Shown here: one piece after another, positions 58,946 to 64,000 of the stretch
Layout: every line of letters starts with the position of its first letter
Position numbering within the stretch: position 1 is the first letter of the stretch
Notes under the pieces: model-generated
Seen by the model: the letters and a program-made list of their open reading frames with translations, nothing else
Told to the model about the DNA's origin: nothing
Databases searched by the model: none
Origin: Squalus acanthias
Taxonomy: Eukaryota
NCBI GenBank assembly: GCA_030390025.1
Contig: CM059428.1
Location: 92,690,001 to 92,754,000 of the forward strand
Length of the DNA: 64,000 nucleotides
Direction: 5' to 3'
Translations under genes and position numbers: made by a program

Positions 58946-60469
58946 CTATTCCCCCTATTGGTGCCACTATCTTTGCACTTTTTCACACCAGTTTTTACAT
59001 TCCAGTGTAGGCAAATGAACCCCGCAGGAAATTTTGGCGTAAGTTCTCGTCAGCAAGATTGGCGCAGAAACCAACGCCATTCTCAGCGTCATTTTTGCGT
59101 AAATGCGATTCAGGAAATTCGGGGCCTATGGGTCCCTGTTGGGCTGTAAGTTTCTATGGTACTATGTACCACACTGCTATTGGAGTCTTTCTTGATATCC
59201 AGGAGCCAGTAAAATGGTCAGGTGCATTGGTACTCGCAGCACCGATTGGGAGAGTGGGTTCATATAATTTGGCGAGTCTTAAATCTATTTGTCAACTGAT
59301 TCCCCCAAATTTCAAGAGCAGAGCAATTGCACTTTCATGCAATCCCTTCATTAATGACACAAAAGTTCTGTTAAAATATCTCCTGCCACTATTTCTCGAG
59401 TTCTGCGCTGAGATGCACTGAAGTCATTGAGGACCCTTTTAAAATAAAAGTTACACTGAAGACCATGGTTCATTCTGCTTTTTGCACTCTTTTCATTGTA
59501 TTTGGTGCTGGTTTCAATTCTGGCGGAGTGTTGAATTTTTGGACTTATTTGCAGTCCCCTATTTTTCATCCATAACTTGTTGGCAGCTGCAATTTTAGTT
59601 TCCATGGAAAAGAAAATTGAGCGGACTGTAAAACGGGCTGTCGATTCTCTATTGCTCGTTTTGCGCTAGTGCTCAAGATGAATTTCACCCACTTAGTCTT
59701 CACTGTGGGTCGTAGGAGTTTACGGCCGCCATTACTGCTTGTTTGGATGATGGTTTTTAACCACGCAATCCTGTGAGGGAGTGAAACAGCCGGGAGAGAG
59801 AGAAAGAGAAACAGCAAAAATAGAGACAGACGGCGAGAAATAATAGAGAGTGAAAGACAAAAAGCTGTGTGAGAAAGCAGTAGAGAGAGCATATTACACG
59901 GATAGGGGAGAGAGAGCAAAATGGCAGAGAGAGAAAGAGCATGGCACGGAAATATACAGCACAGAAAGAGAAACAGCAACGGCACGGAGAGAAAGAAAGA
60001 AACAGCATGGGGAAAGGCCACTTTCCATCAGGGGTTGCTGGATAGTGATTAAGAGTGTAAACTATCCATAATGTTGCCCCAGTCAGCTTTTGTTGACAAG
60101 CATCAGTTATGTCCCATTACACTTTCCATGCAACTACTTGTTTTCACGTGTTGGCACAAGCTCAGGGCGGTTTTTGAGTTCCCAGCTTTTAGGGGCTGTG
60201 TCAGCATTTTTAGAGTTTTATGCAGCTTTTGCTAGTTTTCTAGATTGGTATGTATGATTCTGATCTTGGTGGATTTGTTTTATTTCCAGTTTCCCAGCCT
60301 TCTGACCGGGCTGCTTCCTGTTACTCTGTTAAGCTGGGGTTTTTTAAAGAGGAAATGACATTGACAGGCTCACAGCAAGGATTCTCCTATTGTGATTCTA
60401 ACAGATCATTGAATAAGACTCCACTCTGGATCACTGACAAGAACAGATCCTTTTTGTCTGACTGTATTA

Positions 60470-60680
60470 AAAGCGGTTTTTGTATTGGGTTTAGTGGTGC
60501 ACTGGCTCCTGATGCACGGGTTTCCTGCAGTTAGCAGCAATCCAGAATAAATTTATTGGCTGCCTGCGAGGAAGAGCAAAATTAGTATTTTTATTCTGGG
60601 GTTGTTGCCACTGTGTGAAACCTTTGCATTGGGAGCTGGCGGCCCGAGCAGCCCCCCTAAACCAAATATAAGAGCAGCCT
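60470..60680. repeat. Palindromic mini-element
   Basis: GGTTTAG..GCTCC.GATGCA..CAGCAATCCAGAATAAA / TTTATTCTGG..GTTGCC..TGCATTGGGAGC..CTAAACC arms. Confidence 0.7.
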
Positions 60681-61959
60681 TAAGATAAAAATGTGTCTAG
60701 CTGGCTGTCGGCCTTAGTGAATCCAGAAGATTTGCTTTGGGACTAACACAGGCTGCATGTCAGGAGCTGACACACTAACATGGCACCAAACCAATATTAA
60801 AGAAGCTTAACATGGCTTCTGGTGGAAGCCTGCTATACATTTGGGGTCATTTTTATATACAAAAGCAATGTACTTGTTTAGCTCAATTCCATTTCCATCC
60901 AGACATTGCACAGGACATACTGACCCCAGCTTTCATACGTGGGAACTAGAATGGTCTGAAGAGTCAGATGTTTGTTGAAGATACAACAAAGTCCTTTAAT
61001 CAACCAATGGAACATTCTCAATTTCACATAAATTATTGTTTTCTCACTCACTTGAGGATGGGTTTGAATTGACAATCGACGACTTCATCACAAGATCACA
61101 AGTTAGATATGGGGAAGGCCTTTCGTCCATCTTAGCTCATACATTCAGAAAAAAAAAACAATCTCCCTGGCAGTGTTTTAAAATGATTGCAGCAGTACCC
61201 TACCTTAAAAGTCCATTCTATTTGTCAGTCACTCTTCATGGGAAGAAGAACATCCTCGTGAACTGCTTTTTGTATGCATAGATATTAAAATGAATGGTCA
61301 AGGAGCCACATGCTCAGGCCCGCGATTACCAAGATGTACTTCCTGCAAGTGCCACTCCCCGCTGGGAGCACCGGATTATTGATACAGACTTGCTCTCCTA
61401 AATCTGCAAATTATAGCTATGTCTTGAGAAACCCTTCAAAATTATTGTTTAAGGGAAGTGGGAACAAGATATGTAACATGCTTACAAATGGGGGATCGAG
61501 GGTCCTCCACCCACTTAGTCTCCATCTGTAGCAGGGATAAGTGAGAGCTCATTACACTGCCGATTCTGCAGTCAGACCAAAAATGCATTTGCATCCACAC
61601 CCACTCTGTTTGTTTGGTGATCAAACCCTGTCAGGTTCCAGAGAGTCAGCTAAATTGAATTATTTGCCTAAGCTCTCTGCACATTTTTACCGTGTGCAGG
61701 AAGTGCTTGGGGAGCAGGGAACCTGAAGTGTAGCAGCTTTTAAAGTGCTGCTGCAAGTTTGAGGAGCCATGGTGAATGGATGAACATATGCAGTCAGTGA
61801 AAGTCAAGTCACCAAGCTGAAGATGTTCACTTTCAATGAGATGTTATTAGTATTAGGGAGAGGATGTTAGACACCAAGTTGTGGCCAATGCTTTGTAGGC
61901 TGCATTATTGACGTGGTAACATGCGTCAAAGTCTTTGGGAAAGTCTTTGTGAGATTGTG

Positions 61960-64000
61960 TAGCAGCAGCGAAAGAATAAAGAGCGGTCCGGGAGCGGACC
62001 TGAATTAAAGCAGTGGGAGCGGCGAGAGGATAAAGAGTGGCCCAAGAGCAGACCTGAATTAAAGCAGTGGCAGCGGTGAAGCTCTGATTAAAAACAACAA
62101 CAAAAAATCAGAGTGACGTCGCAGGAAAGCAGGTAGGTGATTGGTTGGTGAGTATTACAGCTTTTTTTTGCTCTCTAAGTTAGGGAAGGGGGTTAAATTA
62201 AGAGCTGAGAAACTGTAACTTGCTAATACTTATTAAATTAATAACTTAAACTGGATAAAATAATCAAACAATAAAACTAAAATATCAATTGAATAAAAGC
62301 TTTAACTAATTAATGAATAAATAAAACAAGGTCAGAGAAGACAGGGCAGGTGGTGTGTCATATCTGCAGCATGTGGGAGTTGTGGAGAGCATCCCAATCC
62401 TGAGCAACCACATCTGCAGTAAGTGTCTGCAACTCGAGAACTTCGACTCAGAATTGTTGAGCTGGAGTACGAGCTGCAGACATTGCGATGCATCAGGGAG
62501 GGGGAGAGTTACCTGGACACTTTGTTCCAGGAGGCAGTCACACCCTTTAGGTTAAGTAGTACTTTAGAGTTCGTCAATGGTCAGGGACAGGAGGGTGTAG
62601 CCTGCGAGTCAGGAAGGTATGGGGACCCAGGATGTAGTGATGGAGGAGCCTCAGCCCTTGACCTTGTCCAACAGCTATGAGGTACTTGCTACCGGTATGG
62701 ATGAGAAAAAGGACTGCAGGGAGGATGGGCAAACTGACCACCGAAGGAAGGAATATTTTAGGGGACAGTATAGTCTCTGCAGCCGCAAAAGAGAGTCCTG
62801 AAGGCTGTGTTGGCTGCCGGCGCTAGGGTTAAGGATATCTCCTTGCGGCTGGAGAAGAACTTGGAGTGGGAGGAGGAGGATCCAGTTGTCGTGGTCCATG
62901 TAGGAACCAACGACATAGGTAGAACTAAGAATGAGGTTCTGTTGAGGGAGTTTGAGGAGCTAGGGTCTAAATTAATAAGCAGAACCTCAAGGGTAATAAT
63001 CTCCGGATTACTACCTGAGCCACGTGCAAATTGGCATAGGGTCAAGCAGATCAGAGAGTTAAATGCGTGGCTCAAAGAGTGATGTGGGAAGAAGAGGTTT
63101 CAATTCATGGGGCACTGGCACCATACTGGGGAAAGAGGGAGCTGTTCCGTCGGGATGGGCTCCACTTAAACTGGGCTGCGACCAGCGTCCTGGCGAATCG
63201 AATAACTAGGGCTGTAGATAGGGCTTTAAACTTAAAAAAGGGGGGGAGGGGTCAGGTGAGGGGAAATTTAGAAATCTAAAGAGAACGGTCAACGCAATAG
63301 AGCAGTGTAGTGATTTGGGTAAAAATATGTAGAGTGTGACAGGAAGGGACAGAGAGTTTAACAGTAGCAGTGCAGCAGATAATAAGGTCAAAGCAGGGAA
63401 TAATGGTAAAAAAATTAAATTAAAGGCTCTTTATCTGAATGCACGAAGCATTCGTAACAACAAAAGGTAGCTATTCACAGTGGCAGACGGTGGGTAGTGG
63501 TGTTCCACAAGGATCAGTGCTAGGACCACTGTTGTTCACAATTTATATTAACGATTTAGACTTTGGAATCAAAAACACAATTTCTAAATTTGCGGATTAC
63601 ACCAAATTGGGGGGGGATAGTCAATACTGAGGAGGACTGCAACAAGTTACAGGAGGATATTAATAAACTTGCAGAATGGGCATATAATTGGCAAATGAAG
63701 TTCAACACAGATAAATGTGAGGTATTACATTTTGGTAGGAAAAATAGGGAGGTCACTTATTACTTGGAGGGTGCGAGTCTAGGTGGGGTAGAGGAACAAA
63801 GGGATCTAGGAGTACAAATACACAAATCACTAAAAGTTGCATCACAGGTTAGCAAGGCCATAAAAAAAAGCAAACCAAGCACTAGGGTTTATTTCTAGAG
63901 GTATAGAATTGAAAAGTAGGGAAGTTATGCTAAACCTGTATCAAACCTTGGTTAGACAACACTTAGAGTACTGCGCACAGTTCTGGTCGCCATATTATAA
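61960..64000 (+). mobile_element. CR1 LINE: 5'UTR, ORF1 (zinc finger/leucine zipper + SGNH esterase) and internally deleted ORF2; runs off the window
   Basis: CHIC..HICSKC, LRLRIVELEYELQTL, VVVHVGTNDIG, DGLHLN; ORF2 start LKALYLNARSIRN; RT GVPQGSVLGPLLF..KFAD..WQMKFNTDKCEVLHFG. Confidence 0.93.

Noticed and set aside
59780-60020. Hydrophobic 151-aa ORF on the minus strand
   Set aside because: Derived from GA-rich low-complexity sequence.

Overview
Vertebrate genomic DNA, most likely a shark or other cartilaginous fish, judging by its SINE/LINE/Harbinger repertoire. The window lies inside a diacylglycerol kinase beta (DGKB) gene on the + strand. Only two coding exons are visible (1519-1609 and 19346-19541, accessory catalytic domain), and the rest is intron. 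The introns are packed with transposable elements: several PIF/Harbinger families (one structurally complete but decayed 3.77-kb element with convergent Myb/SANT and HARBI1-like transposase genes, sibling remnants and MITEs), CR1, L2 and another Jockey/CR1-group LINE with a partner SINE, Deu-domain SINE pieces, a 1.47-kb solo LTR with a 4-bp TSD, a piggyBac fossil, hAT-type elements and many palindromic mini-elements. The most unusual observation is a hAT-type element carrying GC-rich promoter-like DNA plus the first 25 codons of histone chaperone ASF1A. A second hAT element is also filled with housekeeping-promoter motifs, suggesting Pack-MULE-like host-sequence capture by hAT elements in a vertebrate. 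Family names come from recalled motifs, not database searches, and the boundaries of old repeats are approximate.
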